NCBI GenBank assembly: GCA_048128005.1
Contig: JBEUKZ010000119.1
Coordinates: 1-64,000, forward strand
Direction of reading: 5' to 3'
Length of the DNA: 64,000 nucleotides
From: Veleropilina oligotropha
Lineage: Eukaryota
Below, one piece after another: positions 37,239-53,350 of this stretch (position 1 is the stretch's first letter; each line of letters starts with the position of its first letter). The position numbers and the translations under genes were made by a program. The notes below the pieces were generated by a model. It was not told the DNA's origin. It was given only the letters and a program-made list of their open reading frames with translations, and did not search any database.

Positions 37239-38995
37239 ATAATTAAAGCACTGTTGGTGTGCGGAAAACAGAACAGTTCGATAAGAGGACACCGTGACGA
37301 TAGCATGACAACTGCATCGAACAAAGGTAACTTTCTGGCAATATTAGATCTGATGTCGGAATCAGATATCATTTTGATAAATCACCTCGTTTACTGTAAA
37401 AAAATGCTATGTATACGTCCAAGACAATTAAAAATGAAATTATCGGCATTCTAGGGAAATGGATCAGGAAATCAATAACAAAGAGTCTTAAACGTCAGGA
37501 CGCTGTATTTGCGATAATTGCAGAAGAAGTCACTGACAAAACTGCAAATCAGGAAATACTCAGTGTGTCTAAGGTTTGTAGATCAAGGTGAGGCCATGAA
37601 ACCAGAAATAAAAGAAGTTTTCTTTGATTTTGTTCATCTTATCAGAACTACTGGTGCATCAATTGCATCAGCCTTGCTGGACAGTTTGAAGAACAATGGT
37701 CTGAATGCCCGCAACATCAGAGGTCAAGCATATGATGGTGCTGCTGCGATGTCGTCAGCGAAAGTTGGTGTACAGGTAAGAGTGAAGTCTGTTCAGCCTT
37801 TGGCACTTTATACTCACTGTTCTAGTCACGTCTTAAATTTGAGTGTGGCATCATCATGTCAGAATTCTGCAATTCGAAACATGATGGGAACTATATCAGA
37901 AGTATTTATCTTGTTCGACTCTTCTTCAAGACTAGATGGAATGAGCGTCACACTTGCTTCGAAACGTTCTTCGAACTGTATGAGTATGTTTGCATTTCAT
38001 TTGAGTCAATTGCAGATCCGTCGTCGCACGCATAATTGGTCAGTGACGGAATTGATGAAAGTGAAATCGAACCTGGCGAGTCCAAGTCATGGCAATGGGA
38101 CAAGAAAACCATTACCATCACACAGGGGCTTCTGAATACTCTCAAGTCAGGCTCACATCTGATATCAATCATCATCGCCAAGCATGTCTTGGAGCTTATC
38201 AAGCCTCTTGCTGTTAAGCTCCAAAGGAGAGACCAGGACATAGTCCAAGCGTATGCAATAACCGATATGACAAAAGCAAATGTGACAGAAATGAGAAAAA
38301 AGATAGAACCTGAGTTTTCAGAGATGTTTTCTAACGCACAACTACTAGCTGATCGCGTTGGTGGTAGCATTGCTGTACCAAGATTGGCTGGTAGACAACA
38401 ACACCGCGAGAACATACTAGGAGCAGATGCTGAGGAGTACTATAGGAGAAATATTGCAATCCCCTTTGTTGACAACCTGAGTGAGCAATTAAATACAAGA
38501 TTCAGCTCAGAAGATAGAGTGACAGCCGCTTTGTTTGAGCTCTTACCATACAACATTATGAAAAAAGGCGATGAGCTGGACAATTTGGTATCACGGTTGT
38601 TATTTTGGGAAGAAGATATCGAGACTCCATCTTCCATAAAAAGGGAAATCAATGCATGGCAGAGATATTGGACCAAAAAGTCACAGGATAATAAAAACAT
38701 GCCCTATGATATGATCAACAGCCTTGCGTGTGCAGATGTGGACGTATTTCCGAATATACACAAGCTATTTGCAATTGGTTGCACATTGCCAATAGGCAGC
38801 GTAGAGGCTGAAAGGTCGTTTTCCGCGCTTCGCAGAATTAAAACTTACTTGAGAAGCACCATGACGGAAGAGCGTTTGGCGGGATTGACATTGATGCACA
38901 TACATCACAACATCAAAGTTGAAGTTTCAGACATTGCAGAACTATTCATTGCCAAACATCCTCGGCGTCTGTTCACGGCCTCTGCATTCCAATAA
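35781..38995 (+). mobile_element. hAT transposase pseudogene (P52rIPK/ZMYM1-like) with N-terminal OTU domain
   Basis: After the stop at 37238 the frames give IRGHRDD..GNFLAIL, YTSKTIKNEII, RGQAYDGAAAMS, YTHCSSHVLNL and the dimerisation motif AERSFSALRRIKTYLRSTMTEERLAGLTLMHIH; one nonsense codon, frameshifts and a probable deletion near 37930. Confidence 0.9.
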
Positions 38996-40720
38996 TATGT
39001 CATAATAAAATTGCTAATATGTTTGTATTTGAATCGATGTTAAATGTCCTGTTTTTGACAACGCTTAGGTTTGTATCACGACATGTCCATATTATCAAGG
39101 TAGGAAAGCCTGGTTGACCAAAAGCTTTTCAACCTCACTCCTGTTAGACCATTAATGTATACTCAATACATATCATATTGTAAATTCCGTTTTTCTATGT
39201 CGGTACCCAATTGTGGTTATGTGGGTAAAATGAAGCTTTCATTGATGTCGCCGCCACTATTCTGGTACATAAATTAGGGCTGTATTACAGTCATCATCGG
39301 TGAAGACATTAAGCTTTTTATCACTTTTGTCTTCAAAATGTCCTCTGGGGAAATCGTATCATTCGATACTTCGGAGTTTCTTATCAAAAACACGTTCATG
39401 TTCCAAATGACCCTGGATGTTTAATTGGAATCTAGACCCCTGAAACCGTTTCGAATACAAATATTTCAGTTTTATCAAATGTGTTCAGTTGTATGAATTT
39501 AATCGAAGCTTAATGTCCTGTATATTTACAACGTTCCGGTTCAAGGGTTAGGACTTATCATCATGAGATAAATGCTCGGGGAAATCCACTGATCAGTTAC
39601 TGACAACTGCGATTGATAACTGAACAAAGAATACCGTTGCCCAGCCGAGATTCGAACCCACTCCTGTTAGTTAGCGCAATCGAGGCAGTGATTTCAGATT
39701 CGACACTGGAGCCCAGACGACTGCCACAGCGGTTGATGGTAATGTACCATAGGCAGTGGCCTAGTGATTTAGTCGCAGGAAACGTTGTATATTTAGCGTA
39801 TTTTACAACCGAGTTCAAACATTTATTTAAGTAAACCATAGCTGTACTCTTAGTGTTCATTTACTTGTGATCGTCACCTTATTTGTCTGGCTGCGTATTA
39901 GCCAAAATTTGAATTGATGGATGAATTGGTGTTAACACCCATGTCAACATTTATTCCGTCTTATTGATCCTGATAATATTGACTAATTGCATTTATTCTT
40001 CATGAATAAAGATATCATTATTTGCACTATATTTCCTCTGCATTACAATTAGCGATCTCGGTGGCTGAGTGTATAGCGCCGGAGACTCCATTTAAGCTGT
40101 AGTTTGGTTTGGTTTCGTAATTTGTTTTACGACCACTTTGGCAATTGTTCAGCCTTAACGCAGTCAGAATCCCCGGTTTAACGTCTCTATCCGAACAGAT
40201 GGAGCAATTGTGTCTTATTTCCTTGCCCAAGGGAAATCGTCGCTAGCGGGTTTCGAACGCAGTACTCTGAACACCAGAGATCTACGCTGTACCACTGTGC
40301 TACGGCGGCCTACCAATGAACCTGTAGGGTGAATCAGTAATGCATGCGATTCGTCGACCACTCGCATTGCAGCATAACATGATATAATGGAATGCAGTAT
40401 GCGGCATTGCCATTATTTGTTTTATGCATCTCAAAGGGGGCATTCCTGACCTCCTTTCTCCCCTCGTCGATTTGCTTGGGCCATATTCAATATTGTGTTA
40501 GTGAAATTCAAAAGGGAAGTCGAATCCGCAAGAGTTTAACTATGTGAAGCCCCCCCCCCCCCCTCTCTTGCATTATGAGAGTTCAAACTCAATATTTGTA
40601 CCATCATTTACGAACCATTTTCACCAAAATATAATGTGTAGTAATCCCCAAATAATATTTTTCTGATTTACAAAAGGGGGGGGCAGGACCCCCTGGACCC
40701 CCCCCCCCTGGATCCGCTAG

Positions 40721-40952
40721 TGAGACATGTACCTTTGCAGTGATACATCAACGGAAATAAGTCCTGGTTTTGGTGTCAATTGACCCCTCTGCCTGACGAA
40801 CTAAAAGTTAATAGCCACACATTGTCATCGACTTACTTCGCGCGCACCCTCTGCCGCATATGACTAACACCAATTACGTGAAATAACCTTAAGCAGCGCA
40901 ATGGTTGATTGTTTGATTGACCGCTATATTGCGATGGTCCAAAAATGTTGCA
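40721..40952. repeat. Inverted copy of 30539-30792 (ZNF upstream flank)
   Basis: Reverse-complement match of ~230 bp with high identity. Confidence 0.9.
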
Positions 40953-41103
40953 ACAATATGACAAAATTTATTTTATATTTTTTTACAGTTTTCATGGATT
41001 TTATGCTTTACCACGAACAATTGTCACGTTGACTGATCTAATATCTAAGAAGTCGTCACTGCGTTATAAATGTTCATTTGAATTTGCCTCTTATAATTAC
41101 ACA

Positions 41104-41267
41104 TGGCTACATGGAATAACCTTATAGAATACACGCATGATCGGAATGCCTGGCTACATGGAATAACCTTATAGAATACACGCATGAGCGGAATGCCTGG
41201 CTACATGGAATAACCTTATAGAAAACACGCATAAGCGAAATGCCGGCATTGGCGGAATAAACCTTAG
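41104..41267. repeat. 47-bp tandem repeat, about 3.5 copies
   Basis: TGGCTACATGGAATAACCTTATAGAATACACGCATGA.CGGAATGCC starts at 41104, 41151 and 41198. Confidence 0.9.
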
Positions 41268-42983
41268 CAACTGCGAGTACATTGCATTTGATATTTTATA
41301 CAATTTGATTGCGATATAAGTAAAATAAGAATTAATAAGGATTAATTCTATTTTATAATTATTGGTGTAAGCAATTTCTATATTTAATAATATTACTTTT
41401 TGAAAAGCTGTTGGTAAAGAACTGTAAAAGAAGCAATATGTATATTATGAAGATGGAATATGTCATTATTGTGTCATTGCGTACGTGCCATTATCAAGAA
41501 TTTGACATCACGTGGTTAATAAATATATAATATCCGGAGGCAATTAATAATGTTCGGTTAGTTTCATGGGATTTTTACGCCTGAGTCCAGCTCTTCTTCA
41601 TATCAGGTTCTGTCTGCTTCACTCCCCGGTTGAAAATATGTGTTAATAATTAGCTAACATCTTTCGCTATTTTTCTTTAGTTCATTTGCAATTTAATAAC
41701 GAACGACCTTCCCCAAGCTAAATTAGCCACGAGTGATATCCCTAATGCACCCAACCGCGGAGACTATCATTCGTCCCGTGAAGAATTCGACCAGCTGTGC
41801 TGTGGCATCACAACATTGCTATTCATGCTGCTAAATATCTTAATGGCAACTGAACCAGCTTTGATTATCGCCACCTATCTGCGTTGTCCATCGATACTAA
41901 ACCCATGTTGTTGTGTGTTTGTCTATCTCTTTTATAACTTTTTGAGCAGGTATAAATGACATTTGTAATATTATATTAATTACATTACATTAAATGGAAT
42001 TGTCAACATTTATTTCAGAACAATATGACCCCTACCCTTCAAATAGAGTTTAACATGAAGGAAATTAACAGAAAGAAACTGGCGTTTGAGGTAACTGTCG
42101 TATATGTGCAGCTATCGAAGGTATTTGAACAGCATCCCTCAATAATTATTGTCTCTCCACCCTCCCCTGGAAGAGGTGGGCAGGAGAATTGTTTTGTAGA
42201 TGTATCAAGTTGTATTTCTCTCTCCCTATCCAAGATAATTTGGTACTGATATCAGGGATTACCTATTAGGGTTTTAAAGTAAAGACCCGAAAATGTAAAA
42301 AGGCAATAAAATTAATGTTAACGGACAAATTTGCAACAATTGTAGGTGGCAGACCTACCACTTCCATAAGTGATGTCAACCTTATGCATTCCATTTTCGT
42401 CAACTGTATTTATTTTGCATGCATATTTATTGTATATTTTTCAGAAAATGTTATGACAGCGGATAACACCACAGTGTCGGCCGTGCGATAGAGAATTGGA
42501 AAGTACCTGAAGTATCCCTATCAGCGACGAGCAGCACGAACTATTATTAGAATAATCTCGGTTGATACAATAATGCACATAGTTATGCTGTAAATACACA
42601 TGATTAATCGACTTTGAAGTTTTGCCAGTTTCTTTCAATATAATAAGTTGGATTTGTTCCAAATTGATGTTTTGATGTTTAAGTTTTCCGGCATTAATCT
42701 GATCAATCATGTTTGAATGATGAGACAGACACGTAAAGAAATATCTCTGGAATACCGGACGATCGAACACAGGAGTTCTTATTTGAAAACCAATGATACT
42801 CTGTCACGTTGAATTGGATTGGAACTATGCTTAATATCTTGTATATAACAACCTCAATGGTCAAATCATGACATGTCCATATTATTGTGAGTTAAAAGCC
42901 CGGTCGCCAGAATAAACCTGCCAACTCCGGTCAGCTACGAACAACTGTGATTGGTGACATAACAAAGAATGTCATTGCCCTAA

Positions 42984-43240
42984 CCGATATTCGAACGCAC
43001 TTCTGTTAGTGAGAGCCGATATTCGAACGCACTTCTGTTAGTGAGAGCCGATATTCGAACGCACTTCTGTTAGTGAGAGCCGATATTCGAACGCACTTCT
43101 GTTAGTGAGAGCCGATATTCGAACGCACTTCTGTTAGTGAGAGCCGATATTCGAACGCACTTCTGTTAGTGAGAGCCGATATTCGAACGCACTTCTGTTA
43201 GTGAGAGCCGATATTCGAACGCACTTCTGTTAGTGAGAGC
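42984..43240. repeat. Eight perfect 32-bp tandem repeats inside a diverged family-A SINE (~42828-43275, minus strand)
   Basis: CCGATATTCGAACGCACTTCTGTTAGTGAGAG x8; both flanks continue as SINE sequence. Confidence 0.95.
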
Positions 43241-43424
43241 AGTTACGCCAATGATTTCAGGGTCGGCATTCGAGATTACGCAGCTACCGGAGCGACAGCA
43301 GGATTCGGGAAGTCCTTCATGTAAGACTGCACGACATACATTGTAATGGTAGCGAACCCTGCTTAACTACCATTGACCCCAATACCCATGGAATTTGTCC
43401 AGTTTAGGATTAGGTATATATGCA

Positions 43425-43928
43425 AAACCAAAAGACGTCTTTTATATGACATAAACAAGACGTCTTTTATGCGAAGTCGAAAAGACGTCATTTATGCAAC
43501 GTCTAAAATACGTCTTTTATTCGACGTCGAAAATCGTCATTTATGCGACGTCTAAAGGACGTCATTTATACGACGTCTACAAGACGTCTTAATTTGGTCG
43601 TGTATACAAAACAGAAAGACGTATATTATAAGACGCCTAAAAGACGTCTTTTACTCGACGTCTAAAAGACGTCTTTTATACGACTTCTAAAGCACGTAAT
43701 TTATAAGTCGTTTAAAAGACGCCTTAATTAAGTTTGTCGTATAATATTATGATCTTTGATGCGACGACTGTTAGACGTAGTATATAACACGTCTTTAAGA
43801 CGTTGTATAAAAGACGTCTTGTAGACGTCGTATAATAGACGTCTTTTGGCTTTCCATACACGACCAAACTTAGACGTAAATAAGATGTCAGATTAAGACG
43901 TCTTAAAGACATCGTGTTCCCACTGGGG
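43425..43928. mobile_element. Non-autonomous DNA element with many GACGTC subterminal repeats and a CCCAG terminus
   Basis: Many (A)GACGTC(T) motifs; the minus strand begins CCCAGTGGGAACACG. Superfamily uncertain (CMC/EnSpm-like). Confidence 0.55.
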
Positions 43929-44179
43929 CATGCACAATTGTCATACATTTACAATAAATGTAAATTAATATGAAATGCATGCCTTCGAAATGTCTATTTC
44001 GTTTGGCCTTGTGAACCTAGACATTAGTGGACAGACAGTGTATACATCAGGACGATAATATGTCTAACGAATAGAATATTGAGTCAGAAAATGTATGCCT
44101 ATTTAATTGAGATAGTATGACCATAGGTTAACATAAAATTTTGGCCAAGTGAAGTAGGGGTTAAAACCAAAAATAACAT

Positions 44180-44775
44180 TTAATAACGGGTATAACCATC
44201 TGTTCAATTGACCACTGCAGTATATCGCAGGGCCATAGAATTGACTAAAGTTTTGGGGTCTGCCTGTGGAATATTGTTCCATTCCTGAATGAGTGCATGG
44301 CGGAATTCGCTGACGTTCGCGGGTGGGTTGGGACGACGCATCGCTCGTCTGTCCAGACTATCACAAAGTGCTCGATAGGGTTGAGAACAGGACTTTTACC
44401 TGGCCAGTCATCGATGAAATCAATGTTATTTGTCCTAATACAATTTACAGTATCTCTAGCTGTATGAGATGTGGCATTGACATGCAGAAGATCGAGGTGT
44501 TAGTTGGCGTTGTTATGGAAACAGAGCATCGATGACGACTAATGGTGAACGATAACTTTGGGCAATGGCTTCCTAAACCATAACAGAATCCCCACCCCCG
44601 AAACGATCTCGTTGAAGAACAGTCAGCATAGCGTTCATTTATTCAACGTTAGACGTGAACCCTGCCATCACCACATTGTAAAGAAATTCCGACTAGAAAA
44701 TCAGATCAGGTAGCTCATCGATGCAATATGCAACATATTCAATGGGCACAAATATTTCGTCGAGTTGATGTGGCC
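44180..44775 (-). mobile_element. Tc1 transposase relic
   Basis: Minus strand DRFGGG, DWPGKSPVLNPIEH, WNNIPQ..LVNSM..GYTRY* motifs. Confidence 0.75.
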
Positions 44776-44789
44776 ATATAATGTTGTTA

Positions 44790-45660
44790 ATTCCTGTTAA
44801 CATTTTAAATACCCGAATCATATCCGGGGATTCCCCCCGTGTCCTTCTCAAAGACAATGTAGTGAGGTTGTCTATCCAAAAAGGTAATTGTCTCAATTCA
44901 CCTATCAATTTTGTGGCTCTTCTTTGAACTTGTTCAATAATTTTGATATCCTTTGCAAGATATGGGCTCCATGTTTGCTCTGCATATTATAAATGCGGTC
45001 TAGCCATTTGCTTGTATAAGCGTGTTATGATGACTCTGGATACAAAATTAAAGTTTCTCTTTATCATTCCCAATATTTGATTTCCCTTTTTAGCTGATTC
45101 TGCACATTGATTTGATGGATTAAACGTCTTGTCTACCCATACACCCAAATCTTTCTCTTTTGTTACTACTTCTAAGATATCTGAACCCATTTTATAATTG
45201 AAAGTTTTGTTGTTATAACCCGCATGCAATACCTTGCATCTACTGGTGTTAAAAAGCATTTGCCAATCCTCTGACCATTTTATCAGATTGTTTAAATCAC
45301 TTTGAAGTGTTTTTGCATCTTCGTCAGTTTCAACAATTCTGTACAATTTGGTATCGTCTGCAAACTTTTCTACAAGAAACGTAATAACGTCATCAATGTC
45401 ATTTAAATATATAAGAAACAGCAATGGGCCCAAGACAGAACCTTGTGGGACTCCACTTAGTACAGGCTCCCACTTTGACTTGATCCCATTTATTACAACC
45501 CTCTGTATTCTATTTTCTAGCCACATCCTTATCCAGTTTAATATTGGACCTTTCAGACCATGGTTACTTAATTTTTGTATCAGCCGTTTATGTGGTACTA
45601 CGTGTAATGCCTTTTGAAAATCAAGATATATTATATCAACTGGTTTGCCCGTATCTACCA
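44790..45660 (-). mobile_element. CR1-clade LINE RT fragment (same family as 9711-10880)
   Basis: SGVPQGSVLGPLLFLIYLND, FADDTKL, EKDLGV motifs. Confidence 0.92.
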
Positions 45661-45779
45661 CCTCGCTGGATGGAACAGGCGGCACAGGTTATGTATACTG
45701 TACTCGACCGTTCGAATTCTGTTCTGTCTGTCCTGCACGTTCTGGACAGCGTCTCGAGCGCACCCCTATATGGGATCAC

Positions 45780-46209
45780 ATGTGCGCTCGTCGCTCATTT
45801 ATTATTTAACCGGATCACCGCATACCATAAAATTGGCGCTGTCAAAGTATTAGCATATTTGAGCCATTTAAGTAGAGGTAAGATCGGTAACTACGACCTT
45901 TCACACTATCATTAGCTATAGTTGCGCAATACATCATTCTTTAACAAAGAACAACGATTGTTTTCCTTCGTCTATTTAACAAATTATATACACTATTGCG
46001 GCTGAAATTCACCACGTAAAAATAGAACACATCGGCTCTCAGTGATTTCGGTTAAACTCATGTTAACAAATTCGCCGCCAAGGACGATGTGTATCGTCTC
46101 ACATTTTATTATTTAGACGCCAGAGACGAGATGTCTGGTCACCTATGATGTATATCCAATATATCCATGACGTATATGTGAACAGTACCCTGGGGGCGAA
46201 CGTGTTAAT
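45780..46209 (-). repeat. Segment duplicated at ~57455-57830, with a piggyBac-like TTAA|CACGTTCG terminus, running into ZNF-like sequence
   Basis: About 380 bp of colinear similarity (TCGTCGCTCAT..CCGGATCACCGCAT..AAATTCACCACGTAAAAAT..ACCTATGATGTAT); the minus strand starts TTAACACGTTCGCCCC at 46209. Confidence 0.7.
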
Positions 46210-48480
46210 GTCGATATTGTTTTTAACATAATCTTAAGTGGTGCCATTTAATGATGAAGGCATTACTTATGCTTAATCAGTTTGTGGAGACTGACGATTT
46301 AACAGTGGTAAGATATGCAAACATTACTGAACAAAATAGTATTACAGAAGCCAAAGCGACGATTTACTGGCAAATCATTGATGAAGATAATACTTTTAGT
46401 AACTAGTAATACGAGAACACGAAAAACTTGCTTCGTTCCTGTTACATGCTCATACAAAATTACGGTAGGTAGGCAAATATTTTCCAAGGTGGGGGGGGGG
46501 GGGTATATTTGTAAATGCATATAATGTCTAGAAGAAAACCATATCATGTCATATCCCCCCGACAGCAATAAATTAATGATTAAGGTCTATTTATTATACA
46601 TGTTACACACCAAAAATACATACAGAGAGCAAATAGGATTGCAGATTGACAAGATAGACGGTCTGCCGTGAGATTGAGTTTTTTTTAATATATCACTGAT
46701 ACAAAGTGATAAAATGGGTATGGGGTGAAATTCTAGGTAGGATCTGGTTACAAACAGTACCCAAGGCATTTTTTGGCCTAAATAAATTGCTACTGGCCGT
46801 TGGTTCATTTTCAATGCATTTGTTTGTTTTAGTTTCCGTAGCATTATGTTGGTAATGCTGGACTATTACATAATTTTGATGCGTAATAACTGCATGTTAT
46901 AGCCGCACCAGATACGAAATTTCATACGTAAGTAACCAGTATCGTGCAATAGTGATATATTCAATTTTATCTTAAGGACAGGTCATTTATTATGGGGGAG
47001 GGGGGGCCGGTGGGATTGTGGGGGGGGCATGAAAAAAGACACCGGCTTTAGGGGTGAGTCATGAAAAAAAATGCAGTGTTTGGTGGGTGGGTCATGAAAA
47101 AATTACACAATATTTTGTAATACATAGAATGCGGAAGAGGGTGTTTCACACCACGGGCTCAATGTTTGTTATAAAATAACGGGTATTACCCCCCCCCCCC
47201 CCATTTTTTATTGATGCCCTTGGACAGACTCAAAAGTACATATCTGACTTCATAGTTTCTGTGTGCACCATCTCCAGAATTGATTTTACTGCCTATTTTA
47301 GATCAAAATCTGCTCTCGATCGACTATGCCCACGTTATGCAATTGTGTGCGATTTTTATACAATAAGGGGGGGTATTTCACCCCCCAATATTTTACTGAT
47401 GCTCATTGACAGAAGGCTTAAAGTATATATCTGAGTTCATAGCTTTTATCACATGTACAATATCCTTGAGATATCTGCATCTACCGACAGTCACCATTAT
47501 ATAGTGTATAATTATTATACAGCTGACTGAGCATGCGGCTATTACATGCCTTCATCTTTTATGAAGTGATGAAATGATTAGTAAATATTGTTAAGAAATA
47601 TCACATTTACATCATCAGTATACAGGAGAGGGTGTTTCGCACGGTTATTTGCCCCAAAATTATTCCCCTGGGGAGCAAGGTCCCACGACGCGGGCCATTG
47701 ATAGTATAATTCTACCCCGTAAGGCGCTTCAAAGTCCTGTTGACCATCGTGTCCCCGTCAATGTTGTAGTCCCTGGTCATATATACAGCTGCATATTATA
47801 TTTCAAAATCGTCTTTGGGCCATCTTTCAAATTGAAAACTTGTACAGAGTTGTGAAAATTATTCAAAGATGTTTGTAAGACCCATGCCCGACTAACTTAA
47901 GATTAAGATTGTGGTCTGCGTATGTTTACAAATGAAATCTAATCGATTTGACAATAACACGCAAGAAGATATAACCAAGACGAAGGAAATCATTGTTCCG
48001 AGGAATACAAAGAAATCCAACACGTGCAGCAGTTTGATTTAGAGAATATCTACAGGAAAATAAATTACACACGGATTGCGAAAAGTTTGATAAAGTACAT
48101 AAGGCTAGCGGATATACTGGGACACTTTTACGTCGATTTAAGGACAAAGTAAGGGGGCTATATACGACGACAACAATAGAGGGGATAAGGCATGGAATTA
48201 ACAGATATTAGAAGATTAATTATTGTTAAACAGTGGTTATTTAATCCCAAATGCAAGTGTGTAAACAACGTGACGTCACATGTTTGCAATATGTCGTGAC
48301 GGAAAATAGAGACGGGTCGATTCATATTAAATACTGCCAATATTCAGACCATTTATTTCATTTGAATGTAAGATAAAATCGTTGTCTTCCGATCACTCGG
48401 TGAAATCGGTGATTGTATTCCTTCCTGAAGCTACGCGCTTCGGGGTACAACGTCAGGCGCAATACAATCACCGATGTCTC

Positions 48481-48875
48481 CAGATGCGGATCCAGGGGGG
48501 GGGGGGGGGCACGCCCCCCCCTAAAGCTGATCAAGCATACTAAAATAATATGTATAATTTGATACAAATGACTTTCAGAACATTATAAATAGGCCTACCT
48601 AGCTTTTGCAATGTAATAATGCAGGAGGGGGGATATCACACCTTAATTGTCCCATGCGGACAATTCGATTATGACAAAATAAAAAAAAATTTGAGTGACG
48701 GTGGTTCATAAAAAGTTAGAATGAAATATCGCTTTTGCGGTGTCTGAGTGCAGGAGAGGGGTTTCAGGCTGTCGATTGTCAAAATTTTATTTCGCGTGGG
48801 GCCCCGCCCCCAATCGAATATTTGATGGTAAATTCAGCACCCCCCCCCTAAGCAAGATACCTGGATCCGCGCCTG
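48481..48875. mobile_element. Non-autonomous hAT-like MITE (paralogue of 18822-19265)
   Basis: TIRs CAGATGCGGATCCAGG and CCTGGATCCGCGCCTG. Confidence 0.75.
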
Positions 48876-50565
48876 GTCCCCCTCGTGATCGGAAAACAAC
48901 TTATAATATGAGCATGTATTATGGTATAGGAGAGATCAACCGGTCCTAGAATATTGTTTTCATATCTATATTTCTCCATATTCGTATCGATATGACTCGC
49001 GTCCATTATTGCGTTGCAGTTCGCCGGATTGGGGCGATTACAGATGCAGGTAACTTTTACATTTTGCAAAATTTCGTCCAAAGCGTTTTGTCATGTATCG
49101 TCGTTTAAATATCGATTAACTTTCAATCCTGCGTCGATAATGTTCATCGGGCAAAAAGGTGTCCTGTATCGCAAAACGAACCCCTACCGTGCCAGGAGTA
49201 GCAGTGCGCGTGCCCTGGATAATATATCGCACTGAACCGTCAGTGACAATAGATGCGTCAAAATGCCTTGGTGGTATTTCAATATCTACTTTTGTGTTCA
49301 TGTAGTTTTATCAGCAGTATCATCTTTACTAAAAACGTATACAAAAGTATTTGGGAAACGATCACTTTATCGCATTAATCCAATTACATTGTTTTTATAC
49401 ATCGTATATAATGGACATAAGCTTCAAACTTTACAAAAAATATAATTTTATTTTTGGGCGAAGATTGCATTCTTGTCTGTCGCTTTAGTAAAAATATTGA
49501 GCTTCGCTGCGGTCACGTGATGTTGACGATTTATATTTTATTACTGCATACTAGCAGAATATTACAATTACATCTATCTCCATTTAACACTGTATTATTA
49601 TTTAGAAATTAAATCATTCATATATATTACATCAGATTTTGACTGAAACACTTAAATTCACCCAATTACCATCGACTTTGGTCATGTCTCCTGTGATTGA
49701 CTGTACTTGGGCTGATTTTGGTGCGTTCAAATTTGAACTTCGGCTGTTTGTATTTTATCCACATTTAAACGAATAATTACGTTTTAGTCCCCCAAGAACG
49801 CGAAAATAATCATAAGCAACGCAATGATTGATTGATTGATTGACGGCTAGAGCGCTGGCTCATATTTGTTTCACATGGTCACTGATTCAATCCCCGTTAT
49901 CTACGAAATCAAACGAGTAGGTGATTAATCCACAATACCCCATTTTTAGTTTTATTTCGATTGCAAATTATGTCAATAAACGGAATCAGCATCTTAAAGG
50001 ATTGCTTCCATATTTTGTTTTTGTGTGTGGCTTCACTGAGTTGTATGCCTGAGTTGTATCCGTGATCTGTTCGCGACACAATTAATGATTTGTAGATCAT
50101 TGTTTGTCTTTGTCATCGTATCGCAGTGAAAATGTATAAACTTGCTAAGGAAATTAGTATATGTATTAATATATTGCGTGTATATTTCCGGTTAGCTTGA
50201 TAAAGGCAATTCACACTGGCGCAGAGCTACCCGCAGCGTCCAACCAGCACGTGACCAATAAAACAAGTCATTGAATAAGTCGTGGAAATATGCGAATAGT
50301 TGGAATCGCATATAACAGTGTGAGAGTTTGCGATGTGCGACCTTTCTATATCTAATTTTGAGTGTTGTGTCCTGTATAAAAGGAAGGGAAAACTGCCTCA
50401 TTTATTTGAAATAATATTGTGAATCAATGTGATCTTAAATATTTATTGGGAGCCAGATATGTAGTTTACAGTACCCATGGAATATTATATGCAATATCGT
50501 AACATAAATTCCAGGAGGTGAATATGAGACACTAGTATGATGTGATTCGAAGATAACGGGTACCA

Positions 50566-53350
<2,785 letters not shown>

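Noticed and set aside
12468..38995. F-box genes plus OTU as a coordinated ubiquitin module
   Set aside because: They are ~19 kb apart, separated by unrelated TEs, and the OTU belongs to a transposon; co-location alone is not evidence.
35568..39440. TIRs for the OTU-hAT (CAGGGTCG at ~35571 versus TGACCCTG at ~39408)
   Set aside because: Only a 7-bp match with no 8-bp TSD; the element ends could not be defined.
41570..42770. Possible exons of a spliced host gene
   Set aside because: Short open stretches without recognisable motifs or a consistent splice chain.
42984..43240. 32-bp repeats as a CRISPR array
   Set aside because: The repeats are contiguous with no spacers, derive from a SINE, and there are no cas genes in this eukaryotic context.
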